DNA from: Desulfosoma sp.
Lineage (GTDB): Bacteria > Desulfobacterota > Syntrophobacteria > Syntrophobacterales > DSM-9756
Direction of reading: 5' to 3'
NCBI GenBank assembly: GCA_037481835.1
Contig: JBBFKW010000002.1
Span: 192,001-256,000, forward strand
Length of the DNA: 64,000 bases
In this document: in pieces, positions 18,552 to 27,398 of the stretch
Layout: each line of letters starts with the position of its first letter
Numbering within the stretch: the stretch's first letter is position 1
Translations under genes and position numbers: made by a program
The notes under the pieces: generated by a model
What the model was told of the DNA's origin: nothing
What the model saw: only the letters and a program-made list of their open reading frames with translations
Database searches by the model: none

Positions 18552-20033
18552 TTATTGCGTTTTGTCGTCGTCCTGTGCGGGACTGGGAGGAATGATCTTT
18601 TTCTGCCCGTTGGACAGGTATTCGTGCATGGATGCCGCGGCGATGCGGCCCTCTCCCATGGCGCTGATGACCGTGGCCCCGCCCGAAACGATGTCGCCGC
18701 CGGCCCACACGCGGGCTTTGGAGGTGCGGCCCCGCTCGTCGATGACCACGGTACCCCACCGGGTGACATTGAGATCCGGCGTCGTGGACGGGATGAGCGG
18801 GTTCGGGGAGGTGCCGAGCGACACCACCACGGTGTCCACATCCAGGATGTATTCGCTGCCGGGAATGGGCACGGGGCGGCGCCGGCCGCTTTCATCGGGT
18901 TCGGTGAGTTTCATCCGGATGAGTTCCATGGCGGCCACGTTGTTTCGACCGTCGCTCAGAAACGCCGTCGGGTTGCACAGGAAATGGAACTGGATGCCTT
19001 CTTCCTCGGCGTTTTCCACTTCTTCGAGCCGCGCGGGCATTTCGGCGCGCGTTCGGCGATAAATGACGTAGACCTCCTGGGCTCCAAGGCGCACGGCGCA
19101 TCGCGCCGCGTCCATGGCCACGTTGCCGCCGCCGATGACCGCAACCTTTTTCCCCATCTTGATGGGGGTGGCGTATTCGGGGTAGCGGTACGCTTTCATG
19201 AGGTTGGTGCGCGTCAAGAATTCATTGGCCGAATAGACCATGTTCAGGTTTTCCCCGGGCACGCCGAGGAATTTGGGGAGCCCCGCCCCGGGCGCCAGGT
19301 AGACGGCGTCGTAGTCCGTGCGCAGCAGCTCATCCAGGCTGTAGTTGATGCCGATGACGGTGTTGAGCCGCAGATCCACGCCCAGGGACTGCACGTACTG
19401 GACTTCCCGCTGAACGATTTCCTTGGGAAGACGAAACTGCGGAATGCCGTACATGAGCACCCCGCCGGCCACGTGAAGGGCTTCGAAAAGGACCACCTGA
19501 TGGCCCAAAATGGCCAGATCCGAAGCCACGGTCAGGCCGGAAGGGCCTGAGCCCACCACGGCGACTTTTTTGCCCGTGGACGGAGCCATCTCCGGCATGG
19601 TCGGCGTGCCCTGGGTGCGTTCCCAATCGGCGATGAAGCGCTCCAGGCGGCCGATGGCGACCGGAGCGCCTTTCTTGTTCAGGGTGCAGGCTTCTTCGCA
19701 CTGGAGTTCCTGGGGGCAGACGCGGCCGCACACGCCCGGAAGGGATGTCTTGCGCTTCAGGACCTTGGCCGCCTCCTCGATGTCTTCACGCTGCAAGGCC
19801 GCAATGAAGTCCGGAATGTCGATGTTGACCGGGCAGCCCTGCTGGCACGGCCGCTTCTTGCACTGGATGCACCGTGAGGCTTCCTCTTTGGCCAGTTCCC
19901 ACGTATAGCCCAGCGCCACCTCATCGAAATTATGCCGGCGCTCGTGTTCCGACTGCTTGGGCATGTCGACCCGGTTCAGGTTGAGCTTCTGTTTCTTCGC
20001 CGGGGCGCCCTTGGTTTCTTTTTCGTCCGTCAT
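18552..20033 (-). CDS. NfnB/GltD-like NADPH-dependent flavoprotein
   Basis: EASRCIQC..CQQGCPV, CGRVCPQELQCE, GSGPSG, YGIPQFRLPK, GGGNVAMDAAR, AGGDIVSG. Confidence 0.9.
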   Translation of the reverse strand: MTDEKETKGAPAKKQKLNLNRVDMPKQSEHERRHNFDEVALGYTWELAKEEASRCIQCKKRPCQQGCPVNIDIPDFIAALQREDIEEAAKVLKRKTSLPGVCGRVCPQELQCEEACTLNKKGAPVAIGRLERFIADWERTQGTPTMPEMAPSTGKKVAVVGSGPSGLTVASDLAILGHQVVLFEALHVAGGVLMYGIPQFRLPKEIVQREVQYVQSLGVDLRLNTVIGINYSLDELLRTDYDAVYLAPGAGLPKFLGVPGENLNMVYSANEFLTRTNLMKAYRYPEYATPIKMGKKVAVIGGGNVAMDAARCAVRLGAQEVYVIYRRTRAEMPARLEEVENAEEEGIQFHFLCNPTAFLSDGRNNVAAMELIRMKLTEPDESGRRRPVPIPGSEYILDVDTVVVSLGTSPNPLIPSTTPDLNVTRWGTVVIDERGRTSKARVWAGGDIVSGGATVISAMGEGRIAAASMHEYLSNGQKKIIPPSPAQDDDKTQ

Positions 20034-20098
20034 TGCCTATTCTCCTTGGAAAACCGCACATCCGAGTCGACGCCGATCGGCCTCATGCCGAATCGATT

Positions 20099-20944
20099 TC
20101 ACCATTGGGAACATCCGCGGCATTGGAATCCCTGCTGCAGGATGCTTTCATCGGCATAGGTGCAACGGCGGGCCATCAGGACTTCCCAACCGTCCACTTC
20201 GTGGCCGTCGAATTCGGGACCGTGCACGCAGGCGAATCTGTTGGTTCGCCCCACACTCAACCGACAGGCGCCGCACATCCCGGTGCCGTCCACCATGACG
20301 GGAGTGAGGTGCACCATGGTTTTGATGCCGTAGGGGCGGGTCATTTCCGAAAGCACTCGCATGAGACACAGGGAACACATGGCGATGACGCGGTCGATCC
20401 GCCGCCTGGGGTGCTGGTTGAGGAGCTTTCGCATGGCGACCGTGGTGCTTTCCATCATGCCGTCGCCCTTGGTGCCCAAAGCCCAAATCACGGTGTCGCT
20501 TAGTTCTTCGAGAGGCTTTTGCCCGAAGAGGCGCTCGGGGTCGGGAGCCTGCACGATGGTGGTCAGGGTATTGCCCTTTTCCTTGAGTGCTTTGAGGATG
20601 GGGACCATGGCGGCAAGGCCGTATCCGCTGAGGACCGAGACCACATGGCCGTAATGGTCCACTTCCGCGGGACGGCCCAGCGGCCCGATGAAACTCAACA
20701 AGGCGTCGCCGGGCTGAAGGCCGGCCAGCTGCTGCGTGGTCTTGCCCACTTCGATGAACACGAAATCCACCGTTCCGGCGCCCGTATCCCAGTCGCTGAT
20801 GGTGAACGGCACACGTTCCCCTTTTTCGTCGATGATGAGGATCACGAACTGGCCGGGCTTGGCCTTTTCTGCGACCACCGGCGCTTTCACTCGGAGCCGG
20901 TGGACCCTGGGAGCCAACACTTCATGATCGACAATTGGATACAT
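20099..20944 (-). CDS. NfnA/PyrK-like FAD-[2Fe-2S] subunit with degenerate NAD-binding motif
   Basis: PGQFVIL, ERVPFTI, GPLG, MVDGTGMCGACR...CVHGPEF. Confidence 0.85.
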   Translation of the reverse strand: MYPIVDHEVLAPRVHRLRVKAPVVAEKAKPGQFVILIIDEKGERVPFTISDWDTGAGTVDFVFIEVGKTTQQLAGLQPGDALLSFIGPLGRPAEVDHYGHVVSVLSGYGLAAMVPILKALKEKGNTLTTIVQAPDPERLFGQKPLEELSDTVIWALGTKGDGMMESTTVAMRKLLNQHPRRRIDRVIAMCSLCLMRVLSEMTRPYGIKTMVHLTPVMVDGTGMCGACRLSVGRTNRFACVHGPEFDGHEVDGWEVLMARRCTYADESILQQGFQCRGCSQW

Positions 20945-20946
20945 GG

Positions 20947-23550
20947 CTATCTTTTCTCCACTTTTGCGGCCAGTGATGTGCCCGTAAGACGGCTTCCACC
21001 GAGAACGCCCTGGAGGCGCTCCGCCGGGACGACCACGAGCTTCAGGGGGAGGTGGATGTTCAGTGCCAGTCGCCCCGTCACTTCTCCGCCGTTGAAGACC
21101 ACCGCCACGGTGTCCCCGGGCATGCACCCCAGCCGGTACGCATCGGCCGGGTTCATTTCGATCTCGCCGTCACAGGCCATGACGGCCCGGGCTTCCGGAG
21201 CCAAGAGCGGCCCGAAGTAGGAAGGGTAGAGCGCTTCCTTGGCAGCCAGGTGCAAGGGGAATTCCTTGCGCACTTCGGCTGGCTCCGGAGTCCGAGGCGG
21301 CTGCGACGGCCTCCACGGTTTGTAAACCGGGGCCGAGTCGGCAAAGAGAATGGGCGTTCCTCCATGGTCCGAAGAAGGGCACGGGAGCTGCACCGCCTCG
21401 TATCGGGCACGACTGCGGTCTATCCCCGCATAGGACTCCTGCTGTGAGGCCAGACTTTTCAGGATCACAACGGGTTCTTCATCGCCGATTTCCGCTCCGC
21501 CCAGGAAGCGCGACAAGGCCGCCGCCGTCTGGATGATCGTGCGGGATCCTGTGGAGGTGGCCAGCGCTTTCTCCGTCCACTGGATTCGCCGCTCGGCATT
21601 GGTCAAAGAGCCGTCCTTTTCCAAAAGAGGAGTCATCGGCAGCAGGACATCGGGCCGGATAAATTCCGGCGGCGCCGTCACGTCCTGGACCACGACGAAG
21701 TCCAGGGCGTCGCGAAAAGACCCCAGGGCCGCCCAGCATTCGTCGCCGTAAGATTCCGCCGCCACGAAGACGGCCTTGATCCGGCCCGAAGCCACGGCCT
21801 CCATGACGGCCGGACTCCAGCCGAGATCGCGGGCGCCCTGGATGTTGGACGACCCGAAAAGGGGCCAGAATCCTCCGCCGGGCTTTCCCAAGCTTCCCTT
21901 GGCGAACGCCAGGGAAAGGAGAGCCCGCGTCAGGTCGCCCACGTCGGGGGATTCCAAAACACCCAGTCCGGCCAAAACGGCCACCGTGTCACGCGCCGCA
22001 AGCATGCAGCCGGCTTCGACCAGTTCCTCGTCGTGGATCCCGGTCAAGTGGGAGACGGTCTCCACGTCGTAAGGGGCGGTGAGTTCTTTGAGCGCCGAGA
22101 GGAGCTCCGGGCCGGCCTTCTTGTCCGCCCCTTTTTCGTCCAGGATGATCCTCAAAAGGCCCAAGACCAGAGCGGTCTCCGATCCGGGCACGTAGCGCAG
22201 GTGCATGTGGGCGTAGCGCGCGATGGCCACATCATAGGGGTTGGCCACCACCAACTTGGCGCCCTTGAGCACCGCCTGGCGAATCGCTGTTCCCGCAATG
22301 GGATGTGAGGCTGCGGGGTTGCACCCCATGGCGAAGATGGCCGGCGCCTCGGCCAAGTCTTTCAAACTGTTGGTGGCGCACACCCTTCCCAACTGCTCGA
22401 ACACCGCCTGCTCGAAGAGGGCCAGCCCTTGGGATCCCATGAGGCCCACATGGGGGGTGTTCAGCGATTCCCGGGCCACCCGATTCAGAACATGAAGTTC
22501 CTCATTGGTCAAGCGGCCGTCCGTCAGCACGGCGATCTGATCCGGGGCGTAGTCTTTCAGCCGTCGGGCGACGTGCTTCAGAGCTTCGTCCCACGAGCGG
22601 GTCTTCCAGCCGTCGGCGTCTCGCACGGCAGGCTGCCGGATCCTTTCGGGGCGGGCGATGTAGCGCTTGAGGAGAAAGCGGCCTTGCACGCAGGCCTGCC
22701 CATTGTTGCTGGGGCCGTCGGGGCTGGGCTTTACCTGGATGACGGCTTCGTCGGCGCTCTTTTCCAGCATGAGCCGGCAGCCCGCGCTGCACACGGGGCA
22801 GATGGCCGTGGACCACAGAGTTTCCAGTTCTTTCTTGTAAAGGTCTGTCACGATGGCCGTCAAAGCGCTGCACACGGCGTCCATGGCCGAGCGGGTCTCG
22901 CCGTGGAAGTCCCCGAGATTCTCGCGCAAGGCCCCCACCGGACACACATCCACGCAGGCCCCGCAGAACTGGCACCCCGATTCTTCCAAGGTCCTGCCGA
23001 ACGGCGTGCCCACGGATTGACGCCCGTCCTTGGATTCCCGAAAAACGATGGTGCGGGCCCCCCGCACTTCGTGGCACACCCGCACGCAGCGGCCGCAGCG
23101 CACGCACAGGCTGTAGTCCCTTTCGAAATAGGGGCCGCCGGGCAGCGGTTCGGGCCGGGAGACGTCGGGCGCCGGGTAGGGGAAATCGATTCCCACGGCC
23201 GCCACCAGCTGCTGAAGTTCGCAGGTGCCGTTGCGGGGGCACCCCAGGCAGTGCCGCGGATGGTCCTGGAGGATCAGCTGCAGCATCTCCCGGCGAAAGT
23301 CGATGACCTTGGAAGACTGGGTCTGCACGCGAAGGCCTTCGCTTACGGGCGTCGTGCACGCCGCCGGAAGGCCCCGTTGGCCTTCGATCTCCACGGCGCA
23401 CAAGCGGCAGGATCCGCTGGGTTCCAAGGCCGGGTGGAAACACAGCCGAGGAATGTAGATTCCGGCGGCATCGGCGGCCTGGAGGATCGTCTGACCGGTC
23501 CTCGCCTTGACTTGCTCATCGTTGATCCAAATGTTGACGTCGCTCATCAT
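20947..23550 (-). CDS. FdhA/NuoG-like Fe-S protein with molybdopterin-oxidoreductase fold, apparently non-catalytic
   Basis: N-terminal 2Fe-2S (C..GSCRLC..C), HPRHC..C..C, 2x4Fe-4S, CPVCSAGC..C; TNEE and TNAERRIQ segments present. Confidence 0.85.
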   Translation of the reverse strand: MMSDVNIWINDEQVKARTGQTILQAADAAGIYIPRLCFHPALEPSGSCRLCAVEIEGQRGLPAACTTPVSEGLRVQTQSSKVIDFRREMLQLILQDHPRHCLGCPRNGTCELQQLVAAVGIDFPYPAPDVSRPEPLPGGPYFERDYSLCVRCGRCVRVCHEVRGARTIVFRESKDGRQSVGTPFGRTLEESGCQFCGACVDVCPVGALRENLGDFHGETRSAMDAVCSALTAIVTDLYKKELETLWSTAICPVCSAGCRLMLEKSADEAVIQVKPSPDGPSNNGQACVQGRFLLKRYIARPERIRQPAVRDADGWKTRSWDEALKHVARRLKDYAPDQIAVLTDGRLTNEELHVLNRVARESLNTPHVGLMGSQGLALFEQAVFEQLGRVCATNSLKDLAEAPAIFAMGCNPAASHPIAGTAIRQAVLKGAKLVVANPYDVAIARYAHMHLRYVPGSETALVLGLLRIILDEKGADKKAGPELLSALKELTAPYDVETVSHLTGIHDEELVEAGCMLAARDTVAVLAGLGVLESPDVGDLTRALLSLAFAKGSLGKPGGGFWPLFGSSNIQGARDLGWSPAVMEAVASGRIKAVFVAAESYGDECWAALGSFRDALDFVVVQDVTAPPEFIRPDVLLPMTPLLEKDGSLTNAERRIQWTEKALATSTGSRTIIQTAAALSRFLGGAEIGDEEPVVILKSLASQQESYAGIDRSRARYEAVQLPCPSSDHGGTPILFADSAPVYKPWRPSQPPRTPEPAEVRKEFPLHLAAKEALYPSYFGPLLAPEARAVMACDGEIEMNPADAYRLGCMPGDTVAVVFNGGEVTGRLALNIHLPLKLVVVPAERLQGVLGGSRLTGTSLAAKVEKR

Positions 23551-23690
23551 GACCCCTGATTGTTTCGTGTGACCGTGAAATGAGCCGGATCAAGAGAAAA
23601 AAATCACATTAAAGGGCCAAAAAAACAATGGGAAACCCATCGCTTAAGCGCTCTTCGGCGGTAACATCCCCCCTGCCTCCAAGCCGTTAA

Positions 23691-23719
23691 ACCATAAATG
23701 GAGACGGTTTCTTTGTCAA
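23691..23719 (-). promoter_or_regulatory. sigma70 promoter for the fdhA-like/nfn/hdr operon
   Basis: TTGACA-N17-TATGGT on the minus strand. Confidence 0.7.
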
Positions 23720-23900
23720 CAACTTGGATCACCGACGTGCAGGTGCGTTCAAGGCCAGGGGTGCAGGGCCCGCCTTCACGCCCCTTGGGCTCCGAAGGCG
23801 TGACCGCTCCATTGCGCCTTGCGTCCGTCCGCGGTCATCGGGTAAATGGAAGCGGGGCCATCACAGGGTTCGGCACCGGACGATGACAACGGAGGCACGC

Positions 23901-25517
23901 ATGAAGATCGCCTATTTGACCATGGAAGTGGGCCTGAGCGAACACATCCCCACCTACAGCGGCGGCCTTGGCATTTTGGCAGGGGATCACATCAAATCGT
24001 CGGCGGATTTGAACATCCCGTTGGTGGCCGTGACCCTTCTCTACAAACGCGGGTACTTCATCCAGCAGATCAACGCCATGGGACAGCAGGAAGAGCTCTA
24101 TCCGTACTTCGATCCCCGCGCCTTCATGGAACCCCTTCCCTTCAAGGTGACGGTCCCCATGGAAGGGCGAAACGTCCACGTGGGGGTCTGGAAATACAAC
24201 CAGGTTGGCCAGAAAGGCCGGGTTCCCGTCTACTTCCTGGATACCGATTTGCCCATGAACCGGCCCGAGGACCGCATGATCACCCATTATCTCTACGGCG
24301 GCGACAAACACACGCGGATTTGTCAGGAGGCCGTCTTGGGTATCGGCGGCTACATGGTGCTCAAGAAGCTGGAGCCGGGTGTGACCACCTATCACATGAA
24401 CGAAGGCCACGCCGTTTTTCTGACCCTGGCCCTGCTCAAGGACCTGGGGGGCACTGTGGAGCGGGTGCGGGAAAAGTGCGTCTTCACGACGCACACGCCG
24501 GTTCCCGCCGGCCATGACATTTTCGATTACGGCATGGCCCAAGCCGTCCTTCAGGATTACCTGCCGCCCAACATCCGGGATCTGGCCGGCCGAGACGCCC
24601 TCAACACGACCGTGTTGGCCTTGAACCTGTCGCGGGCGAGTAACGGCGTGAGCGAGCTCCACGGGGAAGTGTCCCGGCAAATGTTTCCCGGCTTCGACAT
24701 CGGCCACATCACCAACGGCGTGCACCATCTCACGTGGACCGGTCCCGAATTCCAGGCCCTCTTCGATCGGCACTGCCCGGGATGGCGCGAGCAGCCTCAA
24801 AACCTGGCCAAGGCCCGGGACATTCCGGACGATGAGATCCGGGAGGCCAAGAAAGCAGCCAAGAAACGCCTCATCAGTTACATCAACGCCATCTCAGGCG
24901 CCGGTTTCAGCGAACAACTCCTGACCGTGGGGTTCGCCCGCCGTGCCGCCTCGTACAAGCGGGCGACCTTGGTCCTCACCGACCTGGAATACCTGGTCAA
25001 CCTCTCTTATGACCGGGTCCAGTACATTTTCGCCGGCAAGGCCCACCCCCAGGACGGGGCGGGAAAGGAACTCATCGCGGAAATCGTCAGGATCGCCAAG
25101 AAGTACGAAGAAAAACTGCGGATCGTCTACGTGCCCAACTACAACATGTGGCTCGGCGCCCTCATGACCCAAGGCACCGACGTGTGGCTGAACACCCCGC
25201 GGCGCCCCCGCGAGGCGTGCGGCACCAGCGGAATGAAGGTGTGCTTCAACGGGGGCGTGAACATGAGCGTCCTGGACGGCTGGTGGCGGGAGGCGTGCCG
25301 GGACCGGATCAACGGATGGGCCGTCGGGGACGACGAGGACCAAAGCGATGAAGACGCCGCCGCGGACCTCTATCGCGATATCGACGACATGGTGACCACG
25401 TACTACGCCAGCCCCAAACACTGGGTGCAAATCATGAAAAACTCCATCGCCGATGTGACCCCCGTGTTCAACACGCACCGCATGGTCCTGGAGTATCTCC
25501 ACAAATACTACCTCTAA
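23901..25517 (+). CDS. glgP: Alpha-glucan (glycogen/maltodextrin) phosphorylase, short form
   Basis: YSGGLGILAGD, HMNEGH, FTTHTPVPAGHD, FAGKAHP, EACGTSGMK (PLP Lys); GGAGG RBS. Confidence 0.93.
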   Translation: MKIAYLTMEVGLSEHIPTYSGGLGILAGDHIKSSADLNIPLVAVTLLYKRGYFIQQINAMGQQEELYPYFDPRAFMEPLPFKVTVPMEGRNVHVGVWKYNQVGQKGRVPVYFLDTDLPMNRPEDRMITHYLYGGDKHTRICQEAVLGIGGYMVLKKLEPGVTTYHMNEGHAVFLTLALLKDLGGTVERVREKCVFTTHTPVPAGHDIFDYGMAQAVLQDYLPPNIRDLAGRDALNTTVLALNLSRASNGVSELHGEVSRQMFPGFDIGHITNGVHHLTWTGPEFQALFDRHCPGWREQPQNLAKARDIPDDEIREAKKAAKKRLISYINAISGAGFSEQLLTVGFARRAASYKRATLVLTDLEYLVNLSYDRVQYIFAGKAHPQDGAGKELIAEIVRIAKKYEEKLRIVYVPNYNMWLGALMTQGTDVWLNTPRRPREACGTSGMKVCFNGGVNMSVLDGWWREACRDRINGWAVGDDEDQSDEDAAADLYRDIDDMVTTYYASPKHWVQIMKNSIADVTPVFNTHRMVLEYLHKYYL

Positions 25518-25661
25518 CCCGATAAAGCACTGGGTCCCGAGGCTCGGCAGATCGCTCGACGCGCCTCGGGGGGCCCGAGCGCGCCGAAGTGGCAGGAAAG
25601 AGTCGCAAGCGTGCCGGCTTGGAGGAGCACCGCGGCCGCGACCTCCTTCGCCGGCCGGGTC

Positions 25662-26138
25662 CTACAGCGCTTCCAGGAGCTTGGGCACGGTGTCTTTGGG
25701 GGAAACGGGGGACCAGGCCTGCACGAGCTTTCCATTGGAGTCGAAGAGGAAGGCGGAGCGAATGATTCCCTGGACGGTTTTTCCCCGAACCTGCTTTTCT
25801 CCCCAGACGCCGAAGGCTTCCGCCACCAGGTGGTCCGAGTCGGAAAGGAGGGGAAATCGAAGGCCGTGCTTTTCCGCGAATCGTTTTTGGGTTGTCGGGG
25901 AATCGGGGCTGATGCCCACAACGCGCACGTTAAGACCGCTTAGGCGCTCCAAGGCCTCCTGGACGGAGACGGCTTGAGCCGTGCAGCCGCCCGTATTGGC
26001 TTTGGGATAGAAGAAGATGAAAAGATGGGATCCCAAAAAATCTTCCGGGCGCACCACGACGCCGTCCTGATCGAGCAGGGAAAAGGGCGGGACGGGATCG
26101 CCCGGACCGAGAGGCGCGGGGTTTTTCGGGGCGGGCAT
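25662..26138 (-). CDS. bcp: Peroxiredoxin, BCP/PrxQ family
   Basis: FFYPKANTGGCTAQA peroxidatic motif, GISPD, FPLLSD; AAGGAG RBS. Confidence 0.88.
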   Translation of the reverse strand: MPAPKNPAPLGPGDPVPPFSLLDQDGVVVRPEDFLGSHLFIFFYPKANTGGCTAQAVSVQEALERLSGLNVRVVGISPDSPTTQKRFAEKHGLRFPLLSDSDHLVAEAFGVWGEKQVRGKTVQGIIRSAFLFDSNGKLVQAWSPVSPKDTVPKLLEAL

Positions 26139-26152
26139 GATGTCGGCTCCTT

Positions 26153-27388
26153 TCATGACCGGTAGTCGGCGTTAATTTTGACGTAGTCGTAGGAAAAATC
26201 GCACGTATAGACCGTTTCCTCCTCCCTTCCCTCCCCCAAATCCAGGCGCAGCCGGATGTCCTTGCGGCGGAAGACGGCGGAGGCCTTTTCTTCCAGGTCT
26301 TCGTCCTGCACGGGTTGGCCGTTTCTAAAGATGCAGACGTCTTCGAAATAGAGACTGGCCCGGTCGGGATCGAAATCCACGCCGGCGCGTCCGGCGGCGG
26401 CCACAATCCGGCCCCAGTTGGCGTCCTGGCCGAACAACGCGGTCTTGACGAGGGGGGAGGTGGCGATGGTCCGAGCCACCCGAAGGGCCCGGTCCCGGCT
26501 CTTGGCTCCGAAAACCGTCACGGCCACGAACTTGGTGGCCCCTTCGCCGTCTCGAACGATCTGGTGCGCCAGATCCAGGCACACGTCACTGAGCACGCGG
26601 CCGAAAGCCCGTGCCTCGGAAGAGTCGGGGTCGGTGATAGGGGGATGGGCGGCTGTCCCGCTTGCCAAGACGAGAACCGTGTCGTTGGTGCTTGTGTCGC
26701 CGTCCACGGTGATCCGGTTGAAGGATCGCGAGACGGCTTCGCCGAGCCAGAACCGAAGGACTTCCGGGCTCACGCGGGCGTCCGTCGCCACAAAGGCGAG
26801 CATGGTGGCCATATCGGGGGCGATCATGCCCGATCCCTTGGCCATGCCGCCGCAGGTGATGGGTATTGCGCCCAGTTCCGTTTGGGCCCAGGCCGTTTTC
26901 GGCACGGTGTCCGTGGTCATGATGGCCGCGGCGGCATCTTCCCATCCTTCGGGCCGAAGATCGGCGGCCAGCCGGGACAGGGCGCTTTGCAAAGGTTCCA
27001 GGCGCAGCTGGGGGCCGATGACGCCCGTAGAGGCCACGAGAACCTGTTGGGGATCGATCCCGAGCACCGACGCCGCATGATGGGCGCTCAGCCGGGCCCG
27101 CCGAAGCCCTTCTTCGCCGGTGCAGGCGTTGGCGATGCCGGCATTGATGAGAACCGCTCGAGCCGCTCCCCGGGTTGCCGCAAGGTGTTCCTTGCACAGG
27201 ATCACCGGGGCGGCACAAAACCGATTCCGGGTGAAGACCCCGGCCGCCGCCGCAGGAGTGTCGCTCACAACGAGCGCGCAGTCGAGACGGTTCTTGTAGC
27301 GCATACCGCTTGCCGCCGCCGCCGCCTGAAAACCCGGAACCTGAAAGGATCCCCGATTCACGTTTCCGTGCGCTTCGTGCCTCGTCAT
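26153..27388 (-). CDS. argJ: Bifunctional ornithine acetyltransferase/N-acetylglutamate synthase
   Basis: NAGIANACTG, STGVIG, MTTDT, KGSGMIAPDMATML, DGDTSTND, DGEGATK, YVKINADYRS. Confidence 0.96.
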   Translation of the reverse strand: MTRHEAHGNVNRGSFQVPGFQAAAAASGMRYKNRLDCALVVSDTPAAAAGVFTRNRFCAAPVILCKEHLAATRGAARAVLINAGIANACTGEEGLRRARLSAHHAASVLGIDPQQVLVASTGVIGPQLRLEPLQSALSRLAADLRPEGWEDAAAAIMTTDTVPKTAWAQTELGAIPITCGGMAKGSGMIAPDMATMLAFVATDARVSPEVLRFWLGEAVSRSFNRITVDGDTSTNDTVLVLASGTAAHPPITDPDSSEARAFGRVLSDVCLDLAHQIVRDGEGATKFVAVTVFGAKSRDRALRVARTIATSPLVKTALFGQDANWGRIVAAAGRAGVDFDPDRASLYFEDVCIFRNGQPVQDEDLEEKASAVFRRKDIRLRLDLGEGREEETVYTCDFSYDYVKINADYRS

Positions 27389-27398
27389 GGCCAGCGCC

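Noticed and set aside
23590..23612. Rex operator in the redox operon leader
   Set aside because: Only one half-site (TGTGA) matches well; too degenerate to call
14171..26138. Selenocysteine recoding in HdrA, MvhD, FdhA-like or Bcp
   Set aside because: All are uninterrupted ORFs with Cys (or no ligand) at the relevant positions; no in-frame TGA
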